From the NCBI GenBank assembly GCA_050575255.1, contig JBNZDD010013503.1:125924-189923 (forward strand): a stretch of 64,000 nt of DNA, in the 5' to 3' direction. The translations under genes and the position numbers were made by a program. Under the pieces are notes generated by a model that did no database searches, was not told the DNA's origin, and worked only from the letters and a program-made list of their open reading frames with translations. Each line of letters opens with the position of its first letter. Positions within the stretch are counted from its first letter, which is position 1. The DNA is from Harriotta raleighana (Eukaryota). This document shows, piece by piece, positions 62,012 to 64,000 of the stretch.

Positions 62012-63426
62012 GAACAAACACTCTGGTGCAAATCACAGCTAAAGTCCAGCTAAACAAACAAGCCGATAATCTTGGCCGAGTATGTGGAGGGCCACAGGTG
62101 ACACTGAACCTTTTTTCTGCTCCGCGCCTGATCCAGCTGAAATGTTTTATCTGATGCAGTATTTGCTATTAGATTGTTACTTGTTGAAACACTAGACTGT
62201 TCTATCTTGCTACAAAGAAGTCATCTCTGGGCTATTTGGTTTCAAAGCCACTTGTGATCTCACAGTTGCTGGAGCCCCATTGTCCTGTTTCTGGTTAAGA
62301 GCAGTCATCAAACATCCTGCGCACCAGAGATTGGGCAGCAGATAAGACAAGCGAGATACCCCCAACCAGAGCCACTGGGAGAAACGCTGGAAAGAAAAAT
62401 CCATCAACACAAGCAGCTGGTGATGACAGCATCATCTCTCAGATTGACCACCAGTATATTCAGATTGGTCACTGAGCTCTGTGACCAGTGCATCGGGGGG
62501 AAAAAAGAGGCCTGTAAGCTCCATCTGCAGCAACAGGAACATTGATAACACATGGTTAGGAACACCCCGGTGAAAGATATGCATTTTGTGTAGTCACAGA
62601 AAGCTTTTTTTAATAAAAAAAATCCAATGCATTGATGGCTTGCTATAGATGTGAATCTGAATGCTTCTTATGAATATAAGGAAGAAAAGGATTTGGAAAA
62701 TCATTGCATGTTGTGCTGAAGTTACTGAATGTTCTTTTCCTTCCCTCCCAGTAGATAGGTCATTGAGTGAATCTCTCAATGCTCCCAGAGGGGCAGGATA
62801 TTAGGAGGAAGGAGTGTGAGGGGGGGAATTCGGAAATCCCATCACTCATTAGTGTAAAAGTGACAGCTGTACATACAGCTTCAAACCCTGTGTTTATTTC
62901 GGATGAAAAGGACCGATGACAAAAGCCACCGACAGGTGCTGCTCTTCACAAAAACAAAACGTCTCATCAACCGGAGTAAACACAATGACTGTGCTCAGTA
63001 CAAGTCCCCTGGCATACAAACCAACAACAGTTTTTAATAAAACCATCTGAAACCATTGATGTTGTGCAAACTATTTGCCTGCTTTAAGCTGTTTTGGACA
63101 TCGATCATTCAGTCTAGTTCATACGAATAAACAGTTCCTTCCACTGGACCAGCATTTATGAACTTGGTAAATGGCAGGAAATATACACAAAGTTGCATTT
63201 TGATCCTTCAATCTAAACAAACAGACCATTTATTTCAAAAGAAAGTTGGAGAGCATCAGTCCAGATGCTGTTCATGGTGAAGAATGTGGTCATCCAGCAG
63301 AAACATGTTTAAGAATCATGCGAGGCTTAAAGAATGTAATAGGCTTGCGACTACACAAAGTTCTAATCCAGAAAGAGACTATGTCCAGAAATTTTTTAAT
63401 TCTTGTAGCTCAGATGAATGACACAC

Positions 63427-63485
63427 AACAACAACAAAAATTACATTTCTAGAGCACCTTTCACATCAGGAGTATGTCCCAAGAT
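63427..63485 (-). mobile_element. L2-type 3' tail fragment
   Basis: (CAA)n aaattacatttctagagcacctttcacatcaggagtatgtcccaag. Confidence 0.75.
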
Positions 63486-63564
63486 GCAGACTGTGCCAGG
63501 TTCACCACTGCTAGCGAATGCAGCATGCTTACTACTGCATGCCCAGCACACCAATGCATTTAAT

Positions 63565-63699
63565 TGCAATGCACATTGGCTGCTGTGTTTCACCCACAAA
63601 ATCTAGTCAATTCACTTTACAGCACATTCTGTGAAGCTCTTTGAGACATGTCAAAGACGTGATAAGGTGCTTTATCAAAAGCAAGGATTATTATTATTT
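63565..63699 (+). mobile_element. 3' fragment of the young SINE
   Basis: ttggctgctgtgtttcacccacaaa...gtcaattcactttacag...gcaaggattattatt. Confidence 0.75.
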
Positions 63700-64000
63700 C
63701 AGTGGCGTAAATAAAAGAGTTAGTTGCATCCCATCTAGTAATATGGGTCCAACCAAGTCCTTTCTCTACAGTTTGTTCAGCTCCTGAACGGCTGGTCAGA
63801 AACTGCACAGAGTTTGATTAAATTATAGCCAGTCCCGCTGTCAGCTGTTCAAAAACAAGGCCAGGAGGATGAGAGGCAGCTGTGAGTTTGCAGACATGGG
63901 TCATGCAATTCAAACACAGCTTCAAAAGCATCAAAACTTTGCGGCACCACAACAAAGGGAGAGCCAGAATTGGATCGAGCCAGAGAAAGAACACAAGCCA

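Noticed and set aside
1290-63699. CRISPR-like recurring repeats (tail motifs)
   Set aside because: Dispersed, in both orientations, irregularly spaced and diverged. They are retroelement 3' ends in a vertebrate intron, with no cas genes.
59591-64000. Further upstream CEP112 exon
   Set aside because: I found no segment with matching peptide and splice sites; it probably lies beyond the window, though a short diverged exon could have been missed.

Overview
Vertebrate genomic DNA, most likely a cartilaginous fish (the repeat complement of DeuSINEs, L2 and CR1/HER1-type LINE ends fits a chondrichthyan such as Callorhinchus; this is inference). The whole window lies inside one minus-strand gene, CEP112 (CCDC46). 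I could delimit 11 internal coding exons (59590 down to 4797). All have canonical AG/GT boundaries and splice in frame to 1389 nt / 463 aa of coiled-coil protein. Start and stop codons lie outside the window. Introns hold a young tRNA-headed SINE with a (TTA)n tail, older full Deu-domain SINEs, degenerate L2 and CR1 fragments, microsatellites, and several repeat-free motif-dense blocks that look like enhancers (AXIN2 is the usual 3' neighbour of CEP112). A single N at 57056 is flanked by a near-identical ~190 bp duplication, probably an assembly artefact. Nearly all ORF-track entries are spurious. I found no evidence of a novel multi-gene system. The most interesting signals are regulatory, splicing and transposon-ecology observations, all needing comparative or expression checks.
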